Under the pieces are notes generated by a model, which was given only the letters and a program-made list of their open reading frames with translations, was not told the origin of the DNA and did no database searches. The translations under genes and the position numbers were made by a program. DNA of 64,000 nt from a virus, in the IMG/VR virus record IMGVR_UViG_3300037230_000036, positions 1-64,000 of that record; one strand, given 5' to 3'. Of this stretch, positions 26,401-33,477 are shown in pieces. Position 1 is the stretch's first letter. Each line of letters begins with the position of its first letter.

Positions 26401-28770
26401 GGGGAGACGGCGCGGCAGTTCGGCTGGGAGGGCGAACCCAGCGCGGCGGCGATCTACAAGGCGGCCGAGGATGCCGGCGGCGATACCCGCGAGGGGAAGC
26501 GGTTGCGTCGCGCCGCGCAGCTGGTCGCCGCGATCGAGTACCAGCACCGCAACGCCTATCTGCCGCTGATGCGGCAGGGCGACTACTTCCTGCGGGTGAA
26601 GCCGCTGGAGGGAACCGCCGACAAACCCGGCATCCCCGGCTGGACCGAAGGCTTCCCGCCGACGGTCATGTATCGGCTTCTCGATTCGATGACCCCGTTC
26701 GAGCGCACCGTGGGCGGCGTCCGCAGCGGGACGCCGAAGACCGCCGCGGCCGCAATCGACGAGTTGCGGAAGAGTTTCCCCGAGAACGAATACAGCATCG
26801 ACCACGGCTACGCCTTCCGGTCGGCCGACGCTTTGCGCGACCTCGACATCCCGGCGATCGACAAGCTGATGATGCTGGTCTCGAACGATGTCCGCGGGCA
26901 GATGGAGGATCGCCTCACCCGGAGCGGCTACTCCAAGGGTGACGCCCGGGACGCCGCGCAGGGCGACTACGACAAGCTGGTCGACTCCGTGCTGGACCGC
27001 CTCTACGAGGAGCGCGTCGCCGGGTTCAAGCGGCAGCGGTTGGGGGTGGCCGGCTACAGCGGCGACTTCGCCCGCAGCACGGGCCAGTACACGCACTGGC
27101 TGGCGAACCACATCTCGACGATGAAGCACCAGCCGGAGATCGATGCGGCGGATCAGGCGATCGAGCATCACCCGGACCCGCAGACCCGTGCCTTCTGGCG
27201 GGACTGGGATCGCCGGCAGGAGGACTTCGGCAACCAGCTCCACGGTCCGCTGATGCGGCTGCGCCAGGGCGCCTTCTACTGGATGCTGGGGGCGAACGCC
27301 GCGACCACCGCCAAGATCATGCTGCATGGACCTCTCCGCGGCGTCCCGATCCTGACCACCGGACTCGGCGTCACCGGCCGGGCCCGTGCCGCGGCAACCT
27401 ATCTCGGGGCCAGCAAGGACATCCTCAAAGGTTTCCGGATCGGCCGCGACGGGCTCCAGGTCGATATCGCTGCCGGCGCTCGAGACGGGGCCGAGCGTGC
27501 CCTCGTCGCCGACGCGGAGCGCCAAGCCATCGTTCATCCGCAGACCACCGACGAAATGGCCGCAGTGCGCCAGCGGGGCGAGGATGCGCTGTCGCCGCGC
27601 GCCAGGGGAATGCGCCGGTTCCTCAACATCTGGTCCTCGAACGTCTCCGCCGCGGACCGATTGACCCGGGGGGCCGTGCTGCTCTCCGGCTACCGCACCG
27701 CTAAGGCCGAGGGCATGGAGACCATCAACCGGGTCTGGGATCGCGACCTGAATTGGCGGGACAACCCGGAGCGCACCCCGGAAGGTTTCGCGAAGTTCCT
27801 CGTCGACCAGACCGTTGGTATCTGGGGCGACATCAACCGGATGCCGTTCATGCGGTCGCAGCTCGGCGGGATGCTGGGCCAGTTCCGCCAATACGAGGTC
27901 GGCTATCTCTCGAACCTGCACCAGATGCTGACCCGCATGGGGCCGGAGGGGAAGGTGACGGCGGCGCTGATGCTCGGCGGCCTCGGCATGATGGGTGGCC
28001 TCGTCGCGCTGCCCTTTGCGAAGGACGCCATGCAGGCCGGGCAATGGGCCTATGGCGCCATTACGGGGACGACGCCGGATTGGCAGGATGATCTCCGCGA
28101 ATCGATGGATTGGATGATGCCGGGGGCCGGCGCCGAAATCATGCAGGGGACGCGACCGCTCGGCATCGACTGGTCCGGGATCGGCTTCGGCGACCTCATC
28201 GGCCGCAACGCGCAGTCGCCGCTCGATCTCCTCGGTGCCGCCGGGTCGATGGCGGTTGGTGCCCCGCAGCGTGCGATCCAGCGGGAGCGCAGCGGCCAGA
28301 GCGATCTCGCAGCCTTCGCCGAACTGACCCCGAACGCGGTCAAGCACATGCTGCAGGCGCTGTATCCGGAAATCAGTCTCTACTCGGCGAGCGGATCGAC
28401 GAAGATCGCAGAAGCCCCGACCGAAGCGGATCGCGTCCGCACCGGGCTCGGGTTCCAGTTGGGCTCCCGCGCCGAGCATTTTCAGCAGAGCAGCGAAGCC
28501 TATCGCCGCAGCGACGCTGCGCATGCTGCGCTCACTATGGCGGAAAACCGGATCGCGAACCTGCGGGACCGCGGGGAGCCGATCAACGATGCCCTCGTCG
28601 ATGCCGAGCATGTGATCCAGCAGGGAGAGCGCAGCGGCGTCTTTTCGCCGACGGAAGTCAGCACCTTCCGCCGCGATCTCCAGCACAAGTTCCAGCAGCG
28701 CGCCAATCCCCAGGCGGGATCGCCGACGATGCGGAGAATTCAGGCGATGCAGCCGACAGTCCAGCAATAG
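17407..28770 (+). CDS. DarB-like giant polyvalent protein (FtsK-gamma-like wHTH, N6-adenine methyltransferase, Strawberry-notch SF2 helicase, JAB/RadC-like, PLxRFG-like, C-terminal helical region)
   Basis: QQFSTPP, LEPSAGTG, MNPPF (MTase, ~20620-21200); GDGTGVGKG, FDESH, SATGA, QGFGRTHRTNQ (helicase, ~21770-24100); NEH...HHNHP...LS..D (JAB, ~25100-25350); YLPLMRQGDY (~26555). Confidence 0.88.
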   Translation: MDGWQHFAEGGDTDAPDQVVAPAGNVFDQFDQPAKPSAPAATPIPSAPPGNFFDRFDAGTKAAAPPATGGNFFDKFDAPKPAAAAAFTRESPLLPKSQADIDAAAPGSWIKDPTRGDLYQMPAKAEPAAPPAPALDFSRLTPGPKAPTAGQAALHAAERSVVPAAGGLVGAGAGAELGAAIGAFGGPLDWLTVPAGAIIGGGIGAMGAGYGTEKAQEAVTSKIPESVKEAVGQGTEQQEAETKAHPVAQWIGENAPYLAALSPFGAAEHALPEGAGAFARAMQNPVAQRALPAAIMGGQEAVNEKVQGEPLNPWEIAGAAGVGGLFNNETRVGSALTGAGSAVARPLAGPAARLAGHAPPSETGPAAPPAPPGPGAAAAAAPAWPPAIGETFGLNMGDAGVQPVTVSRYTPDGDIVLKDADGTEHPMTPEDVARFRAPLPTGEADAPTPEAAGAPPAVEAPPAQGSARAAVPPAPAEAPRPEVTAAPQMAGEGQPATMEDLEHVAALERAAATGAPVTPQPALATAEATLGREAQGEPIEPPRPAAAPTESDAGTTASVPFMITGAMRAELGRRGYTQEQIRSLTPAVAHSILSAAAPVAEPAAPPRSQFVYDGTPRPENIGTWEDVPETPPEPEATRVTAQAPETAGEPAPAVATNIPENIPAPPDPYQRAVELLQNRGVGNPINAGILRSQLGLSLPDTRSVIDRLSAEGYLAGTGRNMTIAEPGAVPPVGNEPGTAAATPLPQAADVGNERAIPQAAETELATEPERAPEPLPTPAPQPQRAPTEADIGRASEQIFAAYQQGGPDAARGVYQNLVETWPGGAVENARARFQSLVEGSGKPWEQAQQEAGNRAKVTEGNHTKTGAPIVTVQLAQKVGSDEFKGLGAQARKLGGYYSSYRGRGALPGFVFPEKEGLAAARDRANDFAALAEGKAQVPAAIKPEPPLAADEHLGLVSTSLESPATPHSDNPQVQMADTIALRLEQGGTPISARELQQLAEGVYGSKLAEGKFDRATMYDALELGVNKFIAAHPERFDPSVDLSRALSTAAELRALKEKLPTQTVRAGEKETLQQFSTPPDFAYAAAWAARLDRDDSVLEPSAGTGSLAVFAMNAKPREVTVNEISANRAPLVESLRPTRAFRENAEQINNILPREVRPTAVLMNPPFSSAGTRLAGRRQINIGAQHVEQALERLESGGRLVAIVGRGMGQNMEAAYRQGTGAHFADWWRRIGQQYDVRANIGVPGEVYNKYGTNFETRLLVIDKVPPTGRAPLIAESTGVTDLMQRLQEVRDDRPQPVAGAEPAAGQPSGAAVHGEGAVEPGPEPASRDRTAATGVPVPPADTGTGRGLSVGPGERGGAAGQPAARPSGRDEVAPQQPERGVDGGAEQHPVGGAAGRPDVAGGSAAPDAMVLRPEGEPGAVLPPGATSPDVVPSPAVVSVDETGANPETAGPITEQVYEPYRPQRITVAGAKSHPTKLVQTAAMASVMPPETSYAPRLPKALISAGKLSDAQLEAIVYAGHAHAQMLPAIEGEVPQRRGYFIGDGTGVGKGAQVGGIILDNWNQGRTKAVWLSESRTLINDARRDWRWMDRDPKEIFDFGKTAKPGEDVKVGKGIGFLTYDTLKGYERQGKDAEGRTLKGRTRVDQLVDWLGPEFDGVIAFDESHNLANSIQTKGSRGLQDAAQKALSGIELQQRLPNARVVYVSATGATEVSNLAYAERLGLWGHGSAFPNKGEFINQIGAGGVAAMELVARDMKAMGSYISRNLSYDGVEYDRLEHNLSPDQRRIYDDLADGWQSVLNNMEEALLATTGTRDNNGNPKADSRQRSNALSAFWSGHQRFFNQLITTLQMPSVIRGIEGDLRAGRQSVLQLVNTNEASQERAISRARAEEGDLEDLDMTPRDQLMQLVEKSFPVHQMEGYVDENGNTRSRPVRDSAGNLVENAKAVTMRDQLLSRLGSIRVPDGPLELLMNHFGTDKVAEITGRKQRVVRKADERGQVRNQIESRPASANVTEADAFQNAKKPILVFSQAGMTGRSYHADLSSESAGARRSHYLVQAGWRADKAIQGFGRTHRTNQASAPIFHLVTTDLQGQRRFISSIARRLAQLGALTKGERRAGESGMFSARDNLESTEARSALSAFWRDMQHGRIPAIEPRDFEQQTGLKLENSNHESTEAPEITQFLNRLLSLKFDTQNAVFGAFEERLNTAIDRASAAGTLDVGTETLKADRIAKQEERTVHRDPQSGAETKYVRLRVDNRVNPRTFDQVSRNASRGEAPAFYVRSKRSGKVMAVSPSNDVTDAKTGRIIPEYRLTDPLRYTFLSRDKIDGYGAERNWERIDDPGQARDLWNAQVAALPEFQSHDEHLITGALLPIWDRLKGFPKVYRLQTDTGERMLGRTIFPSDLDATLKALGAESSGRTYEPAEVAAGVAQGARASLANGWSLRRSMVADQPRIELIGPDYSNDAELRSAGVFSERIGYRTRYFVPTGDDAAGSIARITERRPVVDMMRGTDDEEGLEEPGATSSSAPGARDTTDEYHQFASAYPQTPDAQTAAAAHYVSYSGAQTGNEHLAIVDRSGQPIGAGTSDAPDRVSFDVPGLNERLADPASDLAIHHNHPRDLALSGSDVATLGYPGAATVVAHGPHGDIFAAHLTPEAKVAFDQHIERPGNLSAARAPYEAANRIVRSALTMQVLGDKLAPDAAERLQADMVNRALDAAGLTDYVSTRGSEGLPDRVYRSIVARAAREAQDAMAQSPRTAALRGDVSARLDRSTVVLQPDAAMAAISRFAAGAERGPADAGAADRGAGRVGAEAGRGEAVVGAGGLREEPADFGSGAVDEAVDEAGTPEDTRGYFQRLGDSLGMGRAAPGRGDHFFNILNKDFTFPRSKASLDPRSSQKWQAELAKKRYATALADGYHDGLASWTGKPPETWRKVFGAMEILTLEGRQVPLDGRAVIAENSRFPFAAHSKIGDTIRLTTPDEIGMFTDYRRTMDKVWKDVVGETARQFGWEGEPSAAAIYKAAEDAGGDTREGKRLRRAAQLVAAIEYQHRNAYLPLMRQGDYFLRVKPLEGTADKPGIPGWTEGFPPTVMYRLLDSMTPFERTVGGVRSGTPKTAAAAIDELRKSFPENEYSIDHGYAFRSADALRDLDIPAIDKLMMLVSNDVRGQMEDRLTRSGYSKGDARDAAQGDYDKLVDSVLDRLYEERVAGFKRQRLGVAGYSGDFARSTGQYTHWLANHISTMKHQPEIDAADQAIEHHPDPQTRAFWRDWDRRQEDFGNQLHGPLMRLRQGAFYWMLGANAATTAKIMLHGPLRGVPILTTGLGVTGRARAAATYLGASKDILKGFRIGRDGLQVDIAAGARDGAERALVADAERQAIVHPQTTDEMAAVRQRGEDALSPRARGMRRFLNIWSSNVSAADRLTRGAVLLSGYRTAKAEGMETINRVWDRDLNWRDNPERTPEGFAKFLVDQTVGIWGDINRMPFMRSQLGGMLGQFRQYEVGYLSNLHQMLTRMGPEGKVTAALMLGGLGMMGGLVALPFAKDAMQAGQWAYGAITGTTPDWQDDLRESMDWMMPGAGAEIMQGTRPLGIDWSGIGFGDLIGRNAQSPLDLLGAAGSMAVGAPQRAIQRERSGQSDLAAFAELTPNAVKHMLQALYPEISLYSASGSTKIAEAPTEADRVRTGLGFQLGSRAEHFQQSSEAYRRSDAAHAALTMAENRIANLRDRGEPINDALVDAEHVIQQGERSGVFSPTEVSTFRRDLQHKFQQRANPQAGSPTMRRIQAMQPTVQQ
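18740..18856 (+). CDS. Candidate nested 38-aa basic peptide in the +1 frame of the polyvalent gene
   Basis: AGGAGA RBS 5 nt upstream; nearly all third positions are G/C in this frame. Confidence 0.45.
   Translation: MPRHRKPQERRQQSKRLPPKVQRAQQYRQRQRKRLARK
21281..21700 (+). CDS. Nested 139-aa protein in the +1 frame of the polyvalent gene
   Basis: AGGAGGTG RBS; third-position G/C bias shifts to this frame; globular-looking sequence while the host frame is a low-complexity linker. Confidence 0.8.
   Translation: MIDRNPLPALNRLPVNQAAQRCMAKGQLSPDPNRLHAIELLQLGFQFRLPIPGQAEGYRSDLESAAEQLDSPRLAPADVMRWLLSNPNAGSTEEQSSTLSEELLDAPTWQAGAQRLMQWFYDLKASLEPFYRPAPHLQT
25691..25924 (+). CDS. Nested 77-aa protein in the +1 frame of the polyvalent gene
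   Basis: Purine-rich AGGGGAG upstream; third-position G/C bias shifts to this frame; MSVLDLIDPPSSFSPTPQWQQFLDSLP. Confidence 0.7.
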   Translation: MSVLDLIDPPSSFSPTPQWQQFLDSLPAQSADPQTQALRTEAQDELARRQGAGKPWWVQEDSAKNPPTSAAEPSTKP

Positions 28771-28798
28771 CCGGCGCATCTTCCTTTTCACGAAACGT

Positions 28799-28817
28799 CG
28801 CTGTAGTATCTCCGCGC
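28799..28817 (+). promoter_or_regulatory. Repeated upstream motif, copy 2
   Basis: See 17372-17390. Confidence 0.5.
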
Positions 28818-28841
28818 TCAACCCTGCGTCTGGAGATGGCG

Positions 28842-30263
28842 ATGTCGCGCAAACTCACGAAGCTCTTTGCGGGTGCCCTGTTTGCGGCGTCGCTGTTCCT
28901 GCTCCCGCTGACCGCCGCCATTGCCCAGAGCGGGTCTGTCGGCTGCCCGATTTCGAGTACCATCGAAAAGACGGTCGCCGGAACGTCCTACACGGTCTTG
29001 CTGTCCGACCAGTGCAAGTTGCTCGCCTTTACGAACAGCGGCTCCGTTGCGGTCACGCTGCCCAATGCGGCAGCGACCTTCCCGGTCGGGTTCCGCGTCA
29101 GCATGCGGGCGCAAGGGGCCGGCACCGTCACCGTGACACCGACCACATCGACGATCAATGCCGGCTCGACCGTCTCGGCGGCGTCCGGCTTCGGCTTCGA
29201 TATCTGGACCGACGGCGTCAACTACTGGACCCAGGGCGGCGGCGCCCCCGGCGGCTCCGGCTCCTTCAACACCGTGACCTTCGGTGCGTCCTCGACGATC
29301 GGTGGCACTCTTGCTGGCGGCTCGACGGCCGCAACGATCGCCGCCACCGGCGCTTCCGGAAACCTGATCGTCGGCACGGCGGATCAGAGCGGCGGCGTCT
29401 ATCTCGGGGGCGGCGCGACCACCGTCGGCAATGCGGCTCTCCAGGCTGCTCCGGGCACCGGCACGATCGTCAACCAGGTCGTCGTTACCCCTGGCGCGAC
29501 GGGCACGGCCCCTTCGGTTCTCGCCGGCGGATCGCTCGCCGATGCCGGAGAGGGGGCCGTCTTCGGAACGAACGGCACCGGCACGCTCAGCTTCGATACC
29601 AGCGGATCGACGGTCCAGTTTCAGGTTCTCCGCACGGCTTCGGCGGTCAACAATCTGACCGTCACGGGGTCCACCGGAACCGGCGCCGTCACGCTCGGCA
29701 CGAGCGGCACCGGGGGGACGATCCCGATTGTCATCGCACCGAAATCGACGGGTATTCTTGCGCTCGGCGGCACGACAGTCGCGAACTCCGCCGTGCAGAT
29801 TACGCCGGTCGCGAGCAGCGTCGACTTTCTCGCTGCCACGGGCTCCGCCGCGGGTACGCCCGGCTCGGTTAGCCTCTACGCTGCCGGCACGGACACCAAT
29901 GTCCTGCTCAATCTCGGTCCGAAGGGGTCGGGATATCTCAACCTCGCGTCGTCGGCCGGCACCCCGGCGCACATCGTCACCACGCAGACGACGCCGCCAG
30001 CGTTGACCTCATGCGGCGGCGGTTCACCGGCTATCACCGGGTCCGATACCGCCGGCATCGTCACGATGGGGACGTCTGCCACGGGTTGCGTGATTACGTT
30101 CAACGTTGCCTACACGACGGCGCCGTATTGCATCGTGAACTGGATCGCGACGCCGCTCGCTTCGCAAAGCTGGGCGACAACCAACACGGCAATCACGCTG
30201 ACGCAGACTTCGGCCAGCACCAACAAGGCCGTGTATTTCTGCTCTGGCACCACCGGCGGCTGA
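28842..30263 (+). CDS. Fibre/spike-like Gly/Thr/Ser-rich protein with N-terminal signal peptide
   Basis: GGAG RBS; MSRKLTKLFAGALFAASLFLLPLTAAIA-Q; TVTLP...WTDG.N fibre domain; PKGSG motifs; CVITFNVAY..APYC C-terminus. Confidence 0.65.
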   Translation: MSRKLTKLFAGALFAASLFLLPLTAAIAQSGSVGCPISSTIEKTVAGTSYTVLLSDQCKLLAFTNSGSVAVTLPNAAATFPVGFRVSMRAQGAGTVTVTPTTSTINAGSTVSAASGFGFDIWTDGVNYWTQGGGAPGGSGSFNTVTFGASSTIGGTLAGGSTAATIAATGASGNLIVGTADQSGGVYLGGGATTVGNAALQAAPGTGTIVNQVVVTPGATGTAPSVLAGGSLADAGEGAVFGTNGTGTLSFDTSGSTVQFQVLRTASAVNNLTVTGSTGTGAVTLGTSGTGGTIPIVIAPKSTGILALGGTTVANSAVQITPVASSVDFLAATGSAAGTPGSVSLYAAGTDTNVLLNLGPKGSGYLNLASSAGTPAHIVTTQTTPPALTSCGGGSPAITGSDTAGIVTMGTSATGCVITFNVAYTTAPYCIVNWIATPLASQSWATTNTAITLTQTSASTNKAVYFCSGTTGG

Positions 30264-30334
30264 TCCGAAGTATTTGAATGCTGAAGCCGGGAGGGCTAGG
30301 TTCAGTCCTCCCGGACACCATCGGAGATGCCTCG

Positions 30335-30646
30335 ATGCGACTCATATTGACCGCGAGCGCGGTATTGTTCCTCGGCGCGGCCGGCGTATCAGCCGCCGCC
30401 GATTCCAACACCCCGAAGCAATACACGCTTACCGTGACCTCGGATGAGGTGAACGAGATCGGCGCCGCTCTCGGCAACGAACCCTTCAACAAGGTCTCCG
30501 CGCTGATGGAGAAGCTGAAGGCCCAGGTCACCGAGCAGACGCTGAAGGCCTCGGCGGCGGCATTGCCGAAATCTGACCCCGACAAGGCCGCGGGGGCGCC
30601 GGCCGCAGTTCCCGCGAAGCCCGACGAGACCGCACCCGTGAAATAG
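30335..30646 (+). CDS. Small fibre-associated helical protein with signal peptide
   Basis: LTVTSDEVNEIGAALGNEPFNKVSALMEKLKAQ resembles small proteins found downstream of fibres; hydrophobic N-terminus. Confidence 0.55.
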   Translation: MRLILTASAVLFLGAAGVSAAADSNTPKQYTLTVTSDEVNEIGAALGNEPFNKVSALMEKLKAQVTEQTLKASAAALPKSDPDKAAGAPAAVPAKPDETAPVK

Positions 30647-30672
30647 TCCTGGGCCCTGTTGGAAGTCCATAA

Positions 30673-31200
30673 ATGAGCACCTGCGCCTCTCTCCCGGACT
30701 CTGCCGCGAATGCCGTTCTCGACTTTGTGTCGGTCGAGGAGAGCGACGGCAATTACGACGCCTATATCGGGCACGCCGGGGCACCGGCCGGGACGATCAC
30801 GGGCAAAACGATCGCCGAGGTCTATGCATTCCAGCGGCAACTCGTCGACGATGGGGAGCCATCCTCGGCGGCTGGCCGATATCAGTTCATCCAGGTCACG
30901 TTGGAAGAATGCGTCCAGACCGCTGGCCTGCCATTGACCACCCTATTCACGCCGGCCGTACAGGATCAGCTTGCCCTTCAGCTGTTGAACACCCGCGGCT
31001 TTGCTCGCTGGAGGGTCGGGGAGTTGTCGGACGCGGCGTTCGCCCACAACCTGTCATGCGAGTGGGCATCGCTTCCAGACCCGCAGAATGCAGGGAAGTC
31101 GCATTATGACGGTGTGGGACCGAATCATGCCGGGCGCACGCTCAGCGAGGTCTATGCAGCCCTGGCCGCGGCACGAGCCTCGACGGTGTCCCCGACGTAA
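30673..31200 (+). CDS. Endolysin (lambda-R / GH104-like muramidase)
   Basis: ES.GNYDA, AAGRYQFI..TL, F.PAVQD.LA..LL..RG, EWASLP. Confidence 0.85.
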   Translation: MSTCASLPDSAANAVLDFVSVEESDGNYDAYIGHAGAPAGTITGKTIAEVYAFQRQLVDDGEPSSAAGRYQFIQVTLEECVQTAGLPLTTLFTPAVQDQLALQLLNTRGFARWRVGELSDAAFAHNLSCEWASLPDPQNAGKSHYDGVGPNHAGRTLSEVYAALAAARASTVSPT

Positions 31201-31222
31201 AAGACCCCGCCGGAGCGGGGTC
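31199..31222. terminator. GC hairpin after the endolysin (U-tract on minus strand)
   Basis: GACCCCGC-CGGA-GCGGGGTC preceded by AAAA. Confidence 0.5.
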
Positions 31223-31354
31223 AAGGTCGGGAGGAAACGCCTAAGAGACGTACAGCACGAGCGCATGCGCCCTCATACCGTGAGCGGCAATGTAGACTTT
31301 GGGATCAATTTCCGGTAGCCCTTATTGCAGAGTTCTTACCTCGCGGAGCCGGTC

Positions 31355-31726
31355 ATGGATTCAACGCATGCGGCTGTTGGCGTCAGCGCTGGCGGTGCTG
31401 TCGGCATCCTGACGGGGCTCATCGCCGGGACCTGGAAGCTCGACCCGACGCTCGCATCCGATTGGGCGATGGCGGTTGTCGGCACCGCAGGATTCGCAGG
31501 GGGTTGGCTGACCTGGTTCATCCGCTGGAAATGGCCGAGCGCCCCGCCGTTGCCGGGCGATACAATCACTCTCGCCGGCCCCGTGACCGCAACCGTGGCC
31601 GAGCCGGCACCTGTGCCGCCGCTCGCAATGGCTGCAGCGAGCCCGATCCGACCGCTGGCACCCGCGCCGCTGCCGTCTACCATTATCGGGATCGGCGGCC
31701 AGCCTATTCCGGAACAGGGGCACTGA
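31355..31726 (+). CDS. Holin-like two-TM protein
   Basis: Two hydrophobic segments; adjacent to the endolysin. Confidence 0.5.
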   Translation: MDSTHAAVGVSAGGAVGILTGLIAGTWKLDPTLASDWAMAVVGTAGFAGGWLTWFIRWKWPSAPPLPGDTITLAGPVTATVAEPAPVPPLAMAAASPIRPLAPAPLPSTIIGIGGQPIPEQGH

Positions 31727-31727
31727 A

Positions 31728-31895
31728 ATGAGCATCCTCCTCATCGTCGTTCTGGTCCTCGTGCTCGGTGGGGGCGGCTGGGGCTATTCCCGCTATGGCT
31801 ACTCCCGATACGGCTACGGCGGCGGGTTCGGCATCGGCGGAATCCTGCTGCTGGTCCTGATCGTGTACCTCATCTTCGGTCGCCTGCGGTTCTAG
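31728..31895 (+). CDS. DUF3309-like small membrane protein
   Basis: MSILLIVVLVLVLGGGGWGYSRYGYSRYGYGGGFGIGGILLLVLIVYLIFGRLRF; not in the ORF track. Confidence 0.75.
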   Translation: MSILLIVVLVLVLGGGGWGYSRYGYSRYGYGGGFGIGGILLLVLIVYLIFGRLRF

Positions 31896-31904
31896 GGGTG
31901 GCGC

Positions 31905-32243
31905 ATGCTGGACCTCGGGGGAGTAGGAGAATTTCTTCTCGGCATCGCCGCCATAACGCCGACCGTAGTGTCCGGATTCGGAGCATTCGCGGCGTGGGGT
32001 GCGCGAACCGAGGCGAGGGCAGCGCACCGCTTTGGGAAGGCCGCGGCCGTGATCGCCGATGAGGTCCGCGTCGACATGAAGGAGCTTGCCGTCAACACGA
32101 ACAGCAAGATGGACGCGACGATCGAGGCGATAAAAGCCGAGGGTGCCGCGCACGCGATTGTCACCGGGCTTGAGGGTGAGAAGGCAGGAATTGCAACAGG
32201 TGTCGCGCAGGAAGTGGCGCGGCAGAACAAGGAGACGACGTGA
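31905..32243 (+). CDS. Membrane-anchored coiled-coil protein (lysis region)
   Basis: N-terminal TM segment; VNTNSKMD motif. Confidence 0.55.
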   Translation: MLDLGGVGEFLLGIAAITPTVVSGFGAFAAWGARTEARAAHRFGKAAAVIADEVRVDMKELAVNTNSKMDATIEAIKAEGAAHAIVTGLEGEKAGIATGVAQEVARQNKETT

Positions 32244-32806
32244 TGCACAATTTACTGAACCCGTATCTTCCCGCTCGCGCCGCCGCTTGGTCGCTCAAGC
32301 TGGCCGGGGCGACGATTCTTGCTGTTGGGCTCGTGCTGGCTACGAGCGGATGCACGCTCCCCGTTGCCCCAACACCCCCGTCATCGGAGCAGGCCACATT
32401 TACGAAGGTGCTGAACCAACTCGGCAGCACGCAAATCCCGTCCCTACAAGATCAGGCCAACGCGGCGATGGCTGAGACGCCGCCGAACACACACATCGCG
32501 CAATGCGCAGGCACGCTGCCCGACCCGGCCAATCCGCAAACCGGGACTGGCGCCATGTCGGTTGCGGGGGCCATTCAGAAGCTCGCCGCCGCTGCCGGGC
32601 CAAATCCGAGCGCGCTGGTGCAGACGACCGTTGCGCTCGCTTTTGCGCCCCACAGCGCGCAGTTTGATTGGGCGGCCGGGCAGATCGAGCAGGGTTGTGT
32701 CCAGGCTCTTCAGGACGCTATCAATGCCGGAAAGGCGACGGCGGCTGATCTCCAGACCATGAACATCGCGACCGTTCTTGCGCTTGCGCAGGCGGGCACT
32801 CTCTGA
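32243..32806 (+). CDS. Lipoprotein
   Basis: Lipobox LATSGC. Confidence 0.6.
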   Translation: MHNLLNPYLPARAAAWSLKLAGATILAVGLVLATSGCTLPVAPTPPSSEQATFTKVLNQLGSTQIPSLQDQANAAMAETPPNTHIAQCAGTLPDPANPQTGTGAMSVAGAIQKLAAAAGPNPSALVQTTVALAFAPHSAQFDWAAGQIEQGCVQALQDAINAGKATAADLQTMNIATVLALAQAGTL

Positions 32807-32955
32807 TGACGAGGCGCCCCAAACTGCATGCGGCGGTCCTCATTCTGGGACTGCTGGCGCTCGCCGGCTGCAACCAACTTGCGGCGGTGCAAGCCCAGGT
32901 CGATCAGCGGGCGCTTGTGCTTCCGCCGGAGCCTGGAAAGGACGTAGCGCCATGA
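32806..32955 (+). CDS. Small lipoprotein (o-spanin-like?)
   Basis: TGATG coupling; lipobox LAGC; 49 aa. Confidence 0.55.
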   Translation: MTRRPKLHAAVLILGLLALAGCNQLAAVQAQVDQRALVLPPEPGKDVAP

Positions 32956-33098
32956 AAACCATCGTGATCCTCGCTCTCCTGGCACTGGCAGCATGTGCGT
33001 CCGCTAGCGGAGGAGCCCCGCTGCCGCAAGGTTCGACCATCGAGCCGGGGTTCTCGCTCTTCTGCGACACGCACCCGCATCAGGGAACATGCCAATGA
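32952..33098 (+). CDS. Small lipoprotein resembling the N-terminus of BTLCP proteases
   Basis: MKTIVILALLALAAC lipobox; PGFSLFCDTHPHQGTC. Confidence 0.6.
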   Translation: MKTIVILALLALAACASASGGAPLPQGSTIEPGFSLFCDTHPHQGTCQ

Positions 33099-33147
33099 CC
33101 CCCGTCCAGGCCGTCAACCTCGCCGCCACGAGCTACGGAGAATTTTG

Positions 33148-33477
33148 ATGGGAAGCATGTACCGGGATCAATCTCAGGCAGAGATTGAGAAAGAGCGGAG
33201 GCGGTACGAGAAAGAACTGGAGAAGGAGCGCATCGAGGACATCGATGGAGAAATCAACTGGGCCTACTCGCAGATGCGGATCATCGAGGCCTGGTTGGAA
33301 GGCGCGATCGAGCGGAACGAGGCGCTGCTATCCGACAAGGACCAGAAGCGGATCGACAAGGCGATTGTCGTAACCCGGACCGGACTGAAGATGCTGAAGA
33401 AGGTCGTCAAGAGCCGCGCGCCGCATTTGGATACGGCGGCGTGGAAGGCTGAAGCCAAACAAACGACTCAGCAATGA
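33148..33477 (+). CDS. Hypothetical coiled-coil protein
   Basis: GGAG RBS; charged helical sequence. Confidence 0.55.
   Translation: MGSMYRDQSQAEIEKERRRYEKELEKERIEDIDGEINWAYSQMRIIEAWLEGAIERNEALLSDKDQKRIDKAIVVTRTGLKMLKKVVKSRAPHLDTAAWKAEAKQTTQQ

Noticed and set aside
26083-28821. 912-aa minus-strand ORF and the many other long antisense ORFs
   Set aside because: Shadow frames of high-GC genes, with no RBS or recognisable motifs.
28110-28841. N-terminal extension of the 717-aa ORF overlapping the giant gene
   Set aside because: Arg-rich shadow sequence; RBS and signal peptide point to a start at 28842.
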